Part shown: piece by piece, positions 26,071 to 39,090 of the stretch
How positions within the stretch are numbered: position 1 is the first letter of the stretch
Layout of the letters: every line of letters starts with the position of its first letter
Assembly: GCF_026571515.1 (NCBI RefSeq)
Contig: NW_026859652.1
Location: 1 to 64,000 of the forward strand
DNA length: 64,000 nucleotides
DNA from: Ruditapes philippinarum
Taxonomy: Eukaryota
Reading direction: 5' to 3'
Notes under the pieces: generated by a model
Databases searched by the model: none
Told to the model about the DNA's origin: nothing
The model's input: only the letters and a program-made list of their open reading frames with translations
Translations under genes and position numbers: made by a program

Positions 26071-26596
26071 ACATTATAATATTATTCATGGCACTGGAAA
26101 TATATATCATATTTGATATATTGTTTATATTTCAGAAATGTCTCAGTATACAAAATACAAAAAAGTAAGCACATTTTCATAAACAATACACAGTATTTGT
26201 TCTTCTCCTGTTGAAACGAATACGACTAATAACCAAAAACTAATGCCAATGTATGCATTCTTGTTTCACTACAAAGCCGCAAATTACAAAATTCATAACT
26301 GAAAATAATATTTTTGCAGAAGGTAACACACGCATGCATCTTGAACTGATTATCCATCTGTCTATCTATTGAACATTTTGAAAGTTCTGAAAGTCCAAAT
26401 AAGGTTTTAAAAATCCAGTACAGTTTCTTTATATATAACTCTTGTACATTATCTAAACTATGTTCACATACATGACATATTTCAGGAGTATATCTAATTA
26501 GAGTTCTCATCTAATAAAGTCAATTTAGTCATCAGTTATAGATAAAATGTGATGAAACAATAAAGATATGAGTCAACTAAAACATTTTTACATTTG

Positions 26597-26997
26597 TTAT
26601 GGAATTCAATGCGCTATAATGTCGAAGACAGGATCAAGTTTTTAAAACTATTCACACAACGCTTTAATGTTGAAGACAGGATCACATTTCGGAAGCTATT
26701 CACATTGCGCTATTATGTCAAAGATATGATAAAGTTTTGGAAGCTATTCACATTGCGCTATTATGTCAAAGATATGATAAAGTTTTCAAAACTATTCACA
26801 TTACGCTATAATGACGAAGACATGATAACGTTTTGGAAGCTATTCACAATGGGCTATCATGTCAAAGATATGATAAAGTTTTTAAAACTATTCACATTGC
26901 GCTATAATGTCGTAGACAAGATAAAGTTTTCAAATCTATTCATATCGCGCGATGATGTGAAAGATATGATAAAGTTTTCAAGACTTTTCACATTGAA
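26597..26997. repeat. Minisatellite, 48-bp unit, about 8 copies, just downstream of TRIM-like gene 2
   Basis: The unit 'gaagctattcacattgcgctattatgtcaaagatatgataaagttttg' recurs every 48 bp (e.g. 26691 and 26739). Confidence 0.9.
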
Positions 26998-27212
26998 ATA
27001 TTTTCTGACTATACGTTTTGTGAAACCTAATGTATATTGTAACGCCACGTTAAACAGCGTTTGGCTTTGTTTGCTACTGCAGTTCACAAATTTATGGAAA
27101 AAGCGGATTGTTTATATTCCAAAAAAAAATATTTCTATTTTCATCTTGCGAACGTTTTTACGTCTTTATGGCTGTATTGGTTGATAGCAGTTTCCGCACT
27201 AATGTAACAGTT

Positions 27213-29003
27213 TCAACAGAGTTGTTTTTGTTTTATACTCTCTGTCACCTTAGTCATTTTAACGACATTGTCATCTTTGTCATATCCAGTAAAGGAACTG
27301 TTGTACAACGTCCTTGTTTTTCCACACCAAGACACAGCATATGGTTCCTGCCGATCCTTCAATACAATTCTTCCCGTGGAGCAATCTCCTGATATCTCTT
27401 CTATAACGTTTCTCTTCTCATCACACACAAATACTGTGCCATCATCCGTCAGTGATATTCCCTTAGGCGCTTCCATATCACTGTTATTTCCATAGCTACC
27501 AATCGAACAACCCTGCCAATTAAATATTGTTACTGTTTTCATTTCCCAGTCAGATACATAGATAAACCGACTATTTGCTGTGATGTATAATGGAGACCTG
27601 ACTTGTTCATCTTCAAAGATTTTCAATACAGTCCCGTTTATATCAAGAATCTGTAATTTCGCAGGATTGGTGAACGAAACAATAAGTTTATCTTGAAAAC
27701 AACTTATACCACGACATTCTCCATCAACCTTCATCTTTTGCTTCCTATTTAGTTTGTTTGATAAAATTGATACAAACTGAATTGATTGTTCGTACGGAAG
27801 GGTGACAGTAAGTTCCAAACTGTTGACTGTGGTAATATCACGTGGTGAAGTTTCTAGTTGTAGTTGATTTGTCACAGATTGACTTACAATATCCAACATT
27901 TTTACAGACTTGTTGTTGTAGTCAGTGATGATAAGAAGATCTGGAGTAAGGAGAGCCATTCCTGTTATCCAGCATCTTTTTCTATCTTGTGTTGTTATCA
28001 CACTGAAGTCGCCCTTGCAAACAAACTGCCTAGACGATTTGAGCTGCGAGGCTGCTGATGTGCATTTTGTTTTGGTTGTTGGTTTCTCTAATAATGTACC
28101 TAATGATGTTTGTCTTGTGAGAAAAGTTGATATTGTTTCATCCGGTGTGAAGTTGTACTGCTTGATGTCAAAGTTGACTAAATCTGCAAGCGTTTTCTTA
28201 TAATCTTTAAGCATCTGTTCTGCGTTTTTTATTTCAAAGAAAAGTACATCTGCTGTCTGTGATGCGTTTAGTTGTTTGAATGTATCGGTTGTTGTCTGAA
28301 AAACGTTGATGGCATCATCACAAGCTGTTTCTACTTTGTTTAGATTTTCAGTATTTTCATGGAGCATGTCGTTGGCTGTACTCTCTGCTTGTATTTCCAG
28401 TTCATCTAGCCTTTGATTGATTTCTTTTCGAAAGTCTTTTATGTCTTTTAACACAATACTTAAAGAATTGTTGGATTTTGAAATTGCTTTTTTCACATGA
28501 TTTTTAATTTTATGAAATTGATTTGAAATTGTATCCATGGTTTTCAAGATTTCTGAATACTCCTTTCCGTTAATGACATTTGTAGAAATGTCTGGTATAT
28601 AGCTGACTTCGCAAGAAGTAGGTTGATGTCCAAGAGTAACACAAACACTGCAAAGTAGTGCATTATGGTCTTGGCAGAAGAATTTAACGACTTCCCTCTT
28701 ATGTTCAGAGCAAGGTTTCGTAAGGTTATCAGGCTTTTTAGCATCAATTGAAGAATGCTGTAAGATCTTTGGCATGTTGGTTTTGTTTTGAAGTATGTGA
28801 TCTCGGGAAAGAGTGTGCTTTTTGTGAAAGTTGAAACAGGGCTCACATAAGTGTTCACAGCAATTCTTGCAAAAACCATGAGCAGGCAATCTTGGTCCAT
28901 CTCTGTCACATGGCTGGCAGTAAACCTTAAGTTCTTCATCAGAATCCTTAATTTGTTGTGATGCTGTAAGTTTCTGACCAGCCTTTTTTCCTGGAACAGC
29001 CAT
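27213..29003 (-). CDS. RING-less TRIM-like protein 2: B-box1, B-box2, coiled coil, beta-propeller (~596 aa from MAVPG)
   Basis: Colinear paralogue of gene 1. The true start is probably the ATG at 29003, because acceptor 'ttttag' lies 7 nt upstream as in genes 1 and 3. Confidence 0.92.
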   Translation of the reverse strand: MAVPGKKAGQKLTASQQIKDSDEELKVYCQPCDRDGPRLPAHGFCKNCCEHLCEPCFNFHKKHTLSRDHILQNKTNMPKILQHSSIDAKKPDNLTKPCSEHKREVVKFFCQDHNALLCSVCVTLGHQPTSCEVSYIPDISTNVINGKEYSEILKTMDTISNQFHKIKNHVKKAISKSNNSLSIVLKDIKDFRKEINQRLDELEIQAESTANDMLHENTENLNKVETACDDAINVFQTTTDTFKQLNASQTADVLFFEIKNAEQMLKDYKKTLADLVNFDIKQYNFTPDETISTFLTRQTSLGTLLEKPTTKTKCTSAASQLKSSRQFVCKGDFSVITTQDRKRCWITGMALLTPDLLIITDYNNKSVKMLDIVSQSVTNQLQLETSPRDITTVNSLELTVTLPYEQSIQFVSILSNKLNRKQKMKVDGECRGISCFQDKLIVSFTNPAKLQILDINGTVLKIFEDEQVRSPLYITANSRFIYVSDWEMKTVTIFNWQGCSIGSYGNNSDMEAPKGISLTDDGTVFVCDEKRNVIEEISGDCSTGRIVLKDRQEPYAVSWCGKTRTLYNSSFTGYDKDDNVVKMTKVTESIKQKQLC

Positions 29004-32000
29004 CTCAATACTAAAATAGAGGAACAAGAGTGATCAATCAGTAAATTACGGTAAGAATTATTTCACAAGTGCTTAAGTCGATTTTGTATTAATTATTATT
29101 AGTTAACTTTTACACTTCTGATTTATATAAAGCAAATGCAAATGTTACTCTGTATACTTTTTATAGAACAAATTTACAATTTTGATAACTGATTGATTCT
29201 TTACAGTATCAACTTTAAGACAAATCTTTCAGAAAATACCGGTATTCAAATTTTACCTAATATTATAATATAGCAAAATATAAATATATTAAGCATCGCA
29301 GGCTTTTAGATCTAAACATTGCTAGACATGGGTAATATTGTATCAACGAGAAAGTCTCGCATTAATGGACTTTATTCAACTTAATTCTCAGCCCGGTGAT
29401 GTTAAGGTGAAACTATTCTTCCAAAGTCATTAAAAGTACAATAAATGTGTAAAGAAATCTAATCTATTTAAACTCTAATCTATCGTTTTTATATTACTCA
29501 GTAACCTTACATTTTGTGTGGATTTCTTTTGTTACATGTGTAATTTTATTTTTACAAAAGTATAAAACGTTCACGTTCATGCTTATCATGGCTTATATGC
29601 TCTACAGCTTCTAAAAATTATCTGTGAAGGTCAAACATTTATTGGAAATATGATTTTTTTTGCATGTAATCGAAATATATTGAACACAGTTAACACTAGT
29701 GCAATATATTAATGTGTGGCGCTGTGACGCAGCTGGAAAAAGGAAGAAAGCTAAATTTATCATTACCATTACACTGTAAGATTAATCAAAAATCAATTAC
29801 TTCAAAGCATGTAATAGATTTGAAATAAACGACCGGAATTTTTATCAGTAAATTGAAAAAAGATTTGAATACATGTAATCAATGTAAGTCGTAAACAGCT
29901 GCAAAACCTATATCAGACGTCGCTAGCGCCTCGTCCAGTACAGATTTTACAGCTATTTTCTCGTCCAATAGAATTCAGTATTGTACTAAACAATTTATAA
30001 TAACCTCATTATATTAAAGTTATATGATGTGAATAAAAAAAGTACCTGGTGTAATTTTATCCTACCTTGTGATTAGCAGATGAATACTTACGTGCAGTGA
30101 TTAAGATGCTTGAGTTTTTGTTAGTGTAACATGTTACGTGACATACATGATCAATCTAGATGATAATATATCTGATAACTGTTGGCAATGTTGACCTAAG
30201 AGTGAATAAATTGGGGGGGGGGGGGGAGTTAACGTTCCGTGTACATTTAACATATACCATGCCCATCGTTTGATAAAGTACTTTTATGACGGGGCGGAAA
30301 TTTATTGAAAACTAAGTAATTAATATTGAATTTGTAACAGAATGTTCACATTATGCATAGGAAGCTGCATTCCAAATAACTGTTGAAGTAGTCGATTCTT
30401 AAAATAAAACGACCATTATTTTTAATCACACTGTATTCATACTGTTCTTACTTATAGTGTGTAGAGTTTTAAACAAGACATTTCTAGTCTGTATGTAATT
30501 TATCATGTTATTTTACAATAACATAGAGACGATGTAGCAATTATCAATATATTTAAGAATCAAAAGAGCATAATATATCTTAAACTGCATTGTAATATTG
30601 TTATACAGAACAAGACAATATAGAGATCTTAGGCATATGATATAAACAAATTTCTTAACAACTTCAACATTTATTTTGCAAAGTTTTCAAAACATGTTCG
30701 TGAAGTTCGCCAGACAGCCGGAGCAACCATAACATTTATTATAAAAAAAATAGCATTCATAGAGAAGCTACAACAGAAATCGACTGTCATAAAAGGTTGT
30801 TTTTTGTCATGTTTTTAACGTTATCGAGAGATTTTATAGGATTTGAAATAAGGTCTTTTAACACCATCTTTAGAAAAAAGCTTCCACACTTTGGATAATA
30901 GGGACTCATACTGAGGTTCTGTGACATGATGGGAATGGAAATTTTTCTCCGAGCTATCTAAACCAATTGATGTAGGACTTGATCAATAAATTATGCACAA
31001 AGTCTCATCCCGACTGACTAATGAAGCTACAACTTAAAGGAATGAATAGACAAATGTTTAAATATCTAACACTAGTTAGATTTCATGTTTTATAACAGGA
31101 TAGCGTCTTATTGTTAAGGGCAAACAAAATAAAGAAGAAATACCGACAATTGTTAAAAATGTTAGAGAAAAGACATCATGAGGCACTGTGCTGTGCTGTA
31201 ACATGCACTCATAGTTATACACACTTCTTCGTGATCTGTTAAAGTTGACATCCCTCAGGAGCAAAATAAACAAACTTAAAAGAATAAAACATCTCACACG
31301 TACCCTACCACCGACTTAAGCTGTGTTATTTTTTATACATAGTAGAGTATTGCAATAAATTGTCCCGACGGACCAAAACACTTCTTTGGATTATTCTCGG
31401 ACATGTTTTGTAAATGTAATGCCTTTAAGTGAATTGGTCTATTATGTATGGTGTGTAGTACAATAAATAATTATGCTGATATTGTTTTGTATTAGACATA
31501 ATAACAAACCATGAAAGAATTTTGTTGGATGCTGTTGCAAGTGAGAATCTAATATTATGTTTATTTATATAGTAAATAAAATTGTTCAAGAACAATGTAT
31601 TATTATTTATCATGTAAATGTTCATACTATATAACTTAGAACTTTATAGACAAGCAGTAGTTTTTAAAAATGTTCAAATTTTACAATTTCTATTGATTCT
31701 ATCAATTTATAAAATACTAACGGAAATGTGCCTATTTTAGTTTAATATAAATGTGCCTACTTTACTTTAAATTTGAGATCGACTTCGCCACTAATAACGT
31801 AAATGTCACCATTGCAGCAATATTTCATCACTAGCGCCGGTAATACGGTGAGTTAAACACTATGCCGAAAAGAGACATGCCTTTATGTATAGATTGACAT
31901 CTCTAAAACCCTAAACTAATTTACGTTTTAGATTTCGAAACAAAATAATGCAGACGAATTATTCTTTTGATCAAATAAAATCATGATTACTAGTATTCAA

Positions 32001-32140
32001 TCGGGTATAATACAATCGATAGCAAAATGGCGTAGTGTAGCATATTTCTATCGTCTGAATGTTAAACTTCATGTAAGATATCAATGATACGTGCTACTTC
32101 TTCAGTTGCTATAATTTATTTCATATAAATATACATACAA

Positions 32141-32390
32141 TATTTACCTTATGTTATGTTATTAAATCCTCAATTTCCATATGCAGTTTTAACTTGAGAG
32201 TTTACTTGTGAAGGTTACGCGTATTTGGTTACTTCCTTGTTTTACGAGTCATGTGACATACACATTTGTTCCTATTGGTGTTGCTATAATACACTTCTGT
32301 TAAACAAGATAAACGATCTATGAAATCGTTAACACACAGTTTAAATGAAGGGCCCGCGTATTTTAAAGAGTGAATAAAAAACAAAATAGA
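32141..32390 (-). promoter_or_regulatory. Leader exon and promoter module upstream of TRIM-like gene 2
   Basis: Minus-strand donor (+ 'atttaccttatg'), ETS-like 'acttcct', M-box/E-box-like 'agtcatgtgac' and 'attgg'; flanks are homologous to ~36760-37000 upstream of gene 3. Confidence 0.55.
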
Positions 32391-32760
32391 GAAAAACAGA
32401 ATCCTAAAGAAAGCACAAAACGGCAAAATTGAAAATGATGCAGCTCGGTTTGATTGCGCCTGTTCATTGACGGTACTGGAAAGTGCAAGTTACAGCTATG
32501 CCTCCTAGCACCGGCTTAAGTAGAATTCAACATTTAAACACGAAAAAGGTCAAATTTTGAATTTCGAAACATCCGCAGAAGTGTTCATTTGGCGGTTTTC
32601 ACGGAACCTTCAATTTGACACAGTAGTGCCATTCCACGAAAAGCGGCGTATGGTCCCCAAGTAAAAGAATGCGTGTACCCTAAATGAAAAAACAATGGAC
32701 GGTGGACAATGGAATTTTGAAAGGGGATCTGAGGTTATAAGCATGTGTATCACAGACAAG
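32390..32760. repeat. Locally repeated ~370-bp block, copy B
   Basis: Homologous to 21225-21595. Confidence 0.8.
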
Positions 32761-34820
32761 ACGTCAAGAAAACCGTGCAACTGACAAAACAATCGACGGA
32801 AGAAAACACTCAGAACTACAGTACAACAACAAACAACTCATTTTAAAATAAATAAAGTTTGGCATATAAAATACCTTACTCCTATGATGATCCTAAATTT
32901 CACTTTCAAATGACAGGGCGCTAGCACGGGATGGTTCTTTATACGAAAACGAATAACGAAACGCGGAATTAACTTTTTTATGCTAGAATAGCGCTAATGC
33001 AGAAGCCCTCAGACTCGAGCTTTAAATAGTCCAAGTGGTTCTGCAGATATTAAAAATAGGCATTAATCATTCAATGTGTAAACAAAATTCCAATTAACAT
33101 GAATTGTACATTGAAAATTAATTAGTTCAAATGAGTAACGATGAGTTTGATAAATAAATTGTGGATTTTGCTCTTAGATTTACTAGTGTGTGTAATTTCA
33201 GAACCTAAGTGATGATAACTTTCAATTTTTAGCTACATACAGGCTTTTTCTTTTCAGGTAGTTGAATATATGAAAGGACTCGGTAGTTAAATAAAAGCTT
33301 TATATCATAAGGTTTTTTTATTTTGCATTTGTAAATTCAGACTGCCCGACCGTGTATGTGTGTTGGTTTGTTTTTGTTGAATAATTCGGAATTATTATAT
33401 ACTTTGAACGCATCAATCTTACACAATTTATTACAAGTCAAAGAAATTGTATAAATAATACTAATTCAAAATGCACGACAAAATGATACAATATTATATA
33501 GTATAAGCATTTACTTTTGAACTGAAAATCATAAGAAAATCATATCGATCATTATCAACTTCTCAATTGATATCAGTATTTTCATCACTCACTCATTCAC
33601 TCGCTCACTAACGTTTAGTACAATAACATTCTGTACAGAGTTAATTTCTTCACTGCAGCTGCAGAAAGCACATACACTGATAGAATTTACGTAGTTTTAT
33701 ATCAAAGTACATTTTTAATGAAATAAAACAGACTGTTTTGGTCGATATTATTGTTTATAGCGCTGTAACAACATTTACAGGCGACCAATTATTTTTGTTA
33801 GTGCATATTATTAAACATTAACCTATTTAATGATCAACATTATTTTTTTCAACTAACAACAAGGCATTTCTCTAAATCACCTATAGCTCCGCCCTTTCGC
33901 TCTACAACATGTCTACACCTTGTCAAGTTGCTAACATGGCACATTTAGATAAGCTAATTAAATGGCCCAGGCACACTTTTTTACTGAAATGTCACAGAAT
34001 TTATACCTTTATCTACAGTAAGACTATCATGTTTATAATATGTCTGGAAAAAACAGCGAGGAAAACGATGCAATTAGGTAAAAACAATGGAGTTAATGAA
34101 ATGTGTACATCCTTTTAAAATAAATGGAAAATGTGAGAAAAAAATACATTAGAGATTATTCATTGATACAAATTCGTTATTAGCTTCAAGTTATTCACTA
34201 ACATTTAAAATCCCTTTTGATTTGCTCATTTGAAAAACACTTCATTTTTTCTGTGTGAAGGGGGTCCAATTTCAATGATTTTTCCAGCCAAAAAATGTAA
34301 TCATTGTATTCTTGATATCAATGATTGTTAATGCAGTTTATTCCTATCAAGTGAAAGAAAATAATGTTTTGGTTACTTTTTCTATAAAATATAAAGTTTA
34401 AAACAGTCAGCAATTTATAACAGTCATTTTTCAAAGGATGTAAAAAAGTTAATATGCAATCATTTGTCTCTGCGTACCCAACATGTATTGTCTATGTAAT
34501 AAATCAGTTGATTGTATCCTCACATTTAGAAACACCTGACCTCGACTAATTTTTATTTATGTTGGCATTGTTTTGCTTACCTTGACATTTTACAAATCAG
34601 AGTGTAAACCATACCTCTAACTCCTCCCTAATATAATGCATTATTGAAATTTGTTAGACTGCGGTTAGACAACAGATTAAGTGAATTTTATTTAGTTAGT
34701 ACACATTAACCAAAGTTAGACAAAGCAGAAATTTGAAAAATACTACAATGTGATTGGACAAAAAATAATGTTGATCATTAAGTCAATTTGTAGATTTGGA
34801 TGACATTGTCAACATTTGGA

Positions 34821-36227
34821 TCAATCAAAAATGAAATGTCCATCTTCAAATGATTGCAATATTGTGCCATTTATATCAAGAATCTGCAGTTTTGCTGGAC
34901 TACAAAATGACACAACCAATTTATTTTGATAACAACTAATGCCAAGACAGTCTCCATTTACCTTTATAATAGATTTTTGTGTGAGTTTTTTTTTAAGGAT
35001 TGATACAATCTGTATTGTTTGTTTGAATGGAAGTGTGACAGCAAGTTTCGTGTTGCTCACTCTGGTAACATCATGTGGTATAGTATCTAGTTGTAATTGA
35101 TCAGTAACCATTTGGCTGTTAATATCAACCATCTTTACAGCTTTATTTTCACAGTCAGTTATGATAAGAAGATCGGGATTAGTAAGAGTTATTCCGCTTA
35201 TCCAACATTCATATTTATCTTCTGATGTCTTTACACGGATTTCTCCTTGGCAAGAAAATTGTCCAGACTTTATAGGTAAAGGTTCTGTAGATTCTGTTTT
35301 GAGTGGTGCCTTTACTAATGTACCAAGTGACTTTTCTTTTGTGAGCAACGTTGAAACTGCTTCATTAGGTGTAAAGTAATACTCCTTAAAACAAATGTTG
35401 GCTAAATCTGAAAGTTCTTCCCCATACTTCCTTATCGTTTGATTTGCGTACTTAAGTTCCATGAAAAGTTCATCTGCTTGCTTTGATGTGTTAAATTGTT
35501 TAATATTATCAGATGATGTCTGAAGAATGTTAGTAGCACCATTGCAAGCTGTTTCTACTGTGCTGAAGTTTTCGGAACTTTCTTGTTGAATGTTATTTGC
35601 TGCAAGTTCTGTTTGCATCTCAAGCTCATCTAATCGTTTGTTTATTTCTTTACGGAATTTCTTGATGCCCACTAATACATTCTCCAAAGAACTCTTCGAT
35701 CTTGAAAATGCGTTATCCGCACGATGTTTTATTTCATGATATTGAAGTGAAATAGCGTCCATGGTTTTCAAGATTTCTTGGTACTCTTTGCTATCAATGA
35801 CATTTTCAGAAATATCAGGTATGTAGCTAATTTTGCAGGTTGTAGGTTGATGTTCAAGAGTAACACAAACACTGCATAAAAACGCGTTATGAATATCACA
35901 GAAGTACTTGATTGATTCTTTTTTGTGCTTCGGACAGGGTTTCATAAGATTATCATGCCCACTATAATGAGCAGTTGAAGAAGGTTGTATGGTTTGTGGC
36001 ATGATTGTTTTGTCTAGCAGAAAGTGATCTCGAGAAAGTGTATGTTTTCTATGGAAGTTGAAACATGACTCACATAAGTGTTCACAACAATTCTTACAGT
36101 AGCCATGGGCAGATAATGTAATTCCATCTTTGTCACAAGGCTGGCAATAAACTTTAAGAGTGTCATCAGAATATTTTGATGTTAATGTTGTAAACTGCTG
36201 ACCGACCTTCTTTCCTGGAACAGCCAT
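34821..36227 (-). CDS. RING-less TRIM-like protein 3, C-terminally truncated by an internal deletion plus frameshift (468 aa from MAVPG); possibly a young pseudogene
   Basis: Colinear with genes 1 and 2 up to ILQSFED, then GHFIFD*. In another frame, 34822-34778 encodes DPNVDNVIQIYKLT*, the paralogous C-terminus, so about 100 codons are missing. Confidence 0.8.
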   Translation of the reverse strand: MAVPGKKVGQQFTTLTSKYSDDTLKVYCQPCDKDGITLSAHGYCKNCCEHLCESCFNFHRKHTLSRDHFLLDKTIMPQTIQPSSTAHYSGHDNLMKPCPKHKKESIKYFCDIHNAFLCSVCVTLEHQPTTCKISYIPDISENVIDSKEYQEILKTMDAISLQYHEIKHRADNAFSRSKSSLENVLVGIKKFRKEINKRLDELEMQTELAANNIQQESSENFSTVETACNGATNILQTSSDNIKQFNTSKQADELFMELKYANQTIRKYGEELSDLANICFKEYYFTPNEAVSTLLTKEKSLGTLVKAPLKTESTEPLPIKSGQFSCQGEIRVKTSEDKYECWISGITLTNPDLLIITDCENKAVKMVDINSQMVTDQLQLDTIPHDVTRVSNTKLAVTLPFKQTIQIVSILKKKLTQKSIIKVNGDCLGISCYQNKLVVSFCSPAKLQILDINGTILQSFEDGHFIFD

Positions 36228-38614
36228 TGCAATACTAGAATGATTGCTTCTAATTGTTTCAATTACATTGTATTTGTCAGCAATAACTACAGTGAATGCA
36301 TTTAACATTGAAATGAAAATATACTGCAAAATAAAAAATTGTGTGATGATGTGTTACAATCAATTTTAATACAATAACTTTCGTTGTGATCATTTTTGCA
36401 TTCTTTTCCTTACATACAATCAAATTAGCTTATATTTAAAATAAACTCATAAAAATCAAGATTTAAATAACCACATACAGCTCCTATTTCTTTAAACACA
36501 AATTAACACTTAACGTTCCTGTGTAAAATTTTAAGCAATAATTTAAACATATCCTTTGTCGATGACAAACGGGCGTTTTGATTACATCTAAACAAAACCA
36601 ACAATTTAGTAAATATCACGAGAAGTTAGGTCACTGAGATACAATAAATGTTACTATAGTACGATATAGACGATATAATCATCTCAGTCAATTCGATATT
36701 TGTAAAAACAGTACAGAGCTACATTACGTTCCAAAATGCACCCGGATATGAAAACGCTAACAAAATGGCGATGAGCACCTTTTTTATCATAAGAATATTT
36801 AACTTTATGTATGATCTCAACAATACGCGCTACTTATAATTGCACAATACTTCAGAGATTGTACGTATTTTTACACGAGTCCTGTGACCTACACGTCTAA
36901 TCATATTGGTGTAGCATTAATCAACTTCAGTTTAACACAATAAACGATATGTTAAACTTTTAAGCGACAGTAAAAGTGTCGAGTGAATAAAATGACAAAA
37001 CAGTCGTCAGAAAACTACTCTCTGAACTGTAGTCTAAAAACTGGCTATATTAACTGATTTTATCAGAAACTGCAGTTTCAATAGGAAATTCAGTGTTTAT
37101 TAAAAGCAAAGAATGTAATGTTTACAAGAATACAAAAGCGAAGGGAAAATTCTAACAAATCTTTCATGTATTGAAATGCCAAAGAGAGTCACATTTAACG
37201 CTTTGAAACATTTCAGCGATTATATTTGCTATATGCAATTAGCAATTATTTCACCATGCAGTTCTATCGGATTTGTTGAATGGTGAATAAATTTACGATC
37301 GCAATTCAAAGATGTTCGTATGTCTGTTGTAAGATTGTTGTCTGTCTAAATTTGCACTTTCATCATGCAGAGTCATGAACGAGTGACGTTGAGAGAATTT
37401 GACATGTGCATGGTAACATCGTTGCCGTCGTTTGTGTGTATTAACCTATTGGGTTATGTACACAAGACTTTGCATGACATTTTGTAATAAATTTGTCCAT
37501 ACATATACCGCTTTTCGTTGTTGGGTTATTCCTTCAAATCAATAACAAAACCTTTGAATCACCTCTAGTAAATTTTACTGATGGTTCTTTAAATGAACAG
37601 TCCAGTATGAAGATAAAGATTGAAAACAAAATGTCGAAAATAAAAAATAACGTTATTTAATGTCGTTTTTTAATAATACGTGACTAACATTGAATAAGAT
37701 TTAGGGCTCTAATGTTAAAACATTCCAAATAGCAAAATATGTTTAAAAACATTTAATAATTGTACATTAGGCTTCGAACATTAAGAGTACTTCACTTCGT
37801 AGTAAAACTACCTTTTATAAAACAGATCCTTTTTTTACGGAAATCGGTTCAGAGATGCAAAATTCTGGAAGTAACTAAAAACTCATAAATATTTCTTAAA
37901 TACGAATTAAATTAGTTCAGAATGATTTATATATCTCTGCTACAAACAGATCGTAGTTTTTGCTGTTGGTTTAACGTTAATATTTTCTCAAATTAAGCTA
38001 CTGCCTGCTAACACAGTCTAATTATCTTGACCACTTTGATATGGGAAAAATCCTGTCTGTCTGAAGTGAACAGCCATGCAGATTTGGAACATATCATTGA
38101 ACATCACAAGGAAAACCAAAAGATTTGTAAGTATGTCGATAAATATGCAAAATGGACTTGCCAGTCTTTGTCAGTTATTAATTTATAACAAGTGATAGAT
38201 GAAGTCAAATGAACAAAATCTGTATCGTTTCTATTTGGATTAGATCTTTATCGTTGTTGTTTTTTTAACTTAAGTTTTTACATTTTTGCCCCAGAGTGAG
38301 ATATGTAGCTGGATTATGTCACGTTATATAAATTTTGATGTTGAAATAATGAGATAAGTTATAAAAAGTTAAATCTATTTTGGTTGATATCAAATGTTTT
38401 GGTCTTCAAGTTTCAAACTGAACATGTAACCCAACACAGTCAGTTTTCCCCTATTTTTGTTGATTAAATATGAATTTAATGCCATTGAATAATAAATTAA
38501 AATTTAAGTTTCTATTCTTAGTAATGACTAAATGAAAAGGTATGTACTTTGTAAACAAAATTGTTTAGGCTTCTATTTATTTTTATCGGAAAATATTTGG
38601 AATTTACACGAAGT

Positions 38615-39090
38615 GCGGTATGGGCTTGCATTTCAAGGTTTTGATCGAATTTTTCCTGCATTTCTTGATGCCGTAAAGAACTGTTGGATTTTGGAAATGC
38701 TTCATTCACTTTTAATTTATCTCCTATTTCATAAAATTAATTTGAAATAGTATTCGTGATCTTTAAGATAAGGTGTATGTATAGCTGACATTGCAAATTA
38801 AAGTATGTTTTCAAATAGTTACGCGAACACTATGCGCATAGAAGTGCTTTCTCACAGAAAATCTTAATCGCATCTTTATCTCCTTAGGACAAGGTTTAAT
38901 GAGACTAGCTTGGGTTTGGTTGAAGACGTTTGTATCATATGGTTATGGTCTTAGTAAAGGTTATTTTTTTAGAAAGTTTAAACAGGCCTGCAAACACTAA
39001 GCAGAGCTGACAGTACACCCTCCTATGAACTCATTTTTGATTATGATCTTTATAACAGCTTATAAGCATTGTTTCCTTGATCAGCCAATC
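38615..39090 (-). pseudogene. Decayed 5' half of a further B-box/coiled-coil paralogue
   Basis: Fragments VYCQ, LIKPCPK, KIFCE, CNVSY and EAFPKSNSSL...LEMQA match the intact copies (VYCQPC, LMKPCPKH, KYFCE, CEVSYIP, KAF.KSNSSL...LE.QA); heavily frameshifted. Confidence 0.7.

Noticed and set aside
30213-30226. G14 run
   Set aside because: Isolated homopolymer with no supporting context.
19816-35379. Short ORFs antisense to or overlapping the B-box genes (19816, 27268, 27864, 27925, 28544, 35161)
   Set aside because: Shadow frames of real CDSs with no independent features.
36228-36329. Hydrophobic N-terminal extension of the 502-aa ORF (and similar extensions at 29004-29027, 41986-42042 and 56056-56233)
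   Set aside because: These are mostly intronic sequence upstream of clear splice acceptors, not signal peptides or TM segments.
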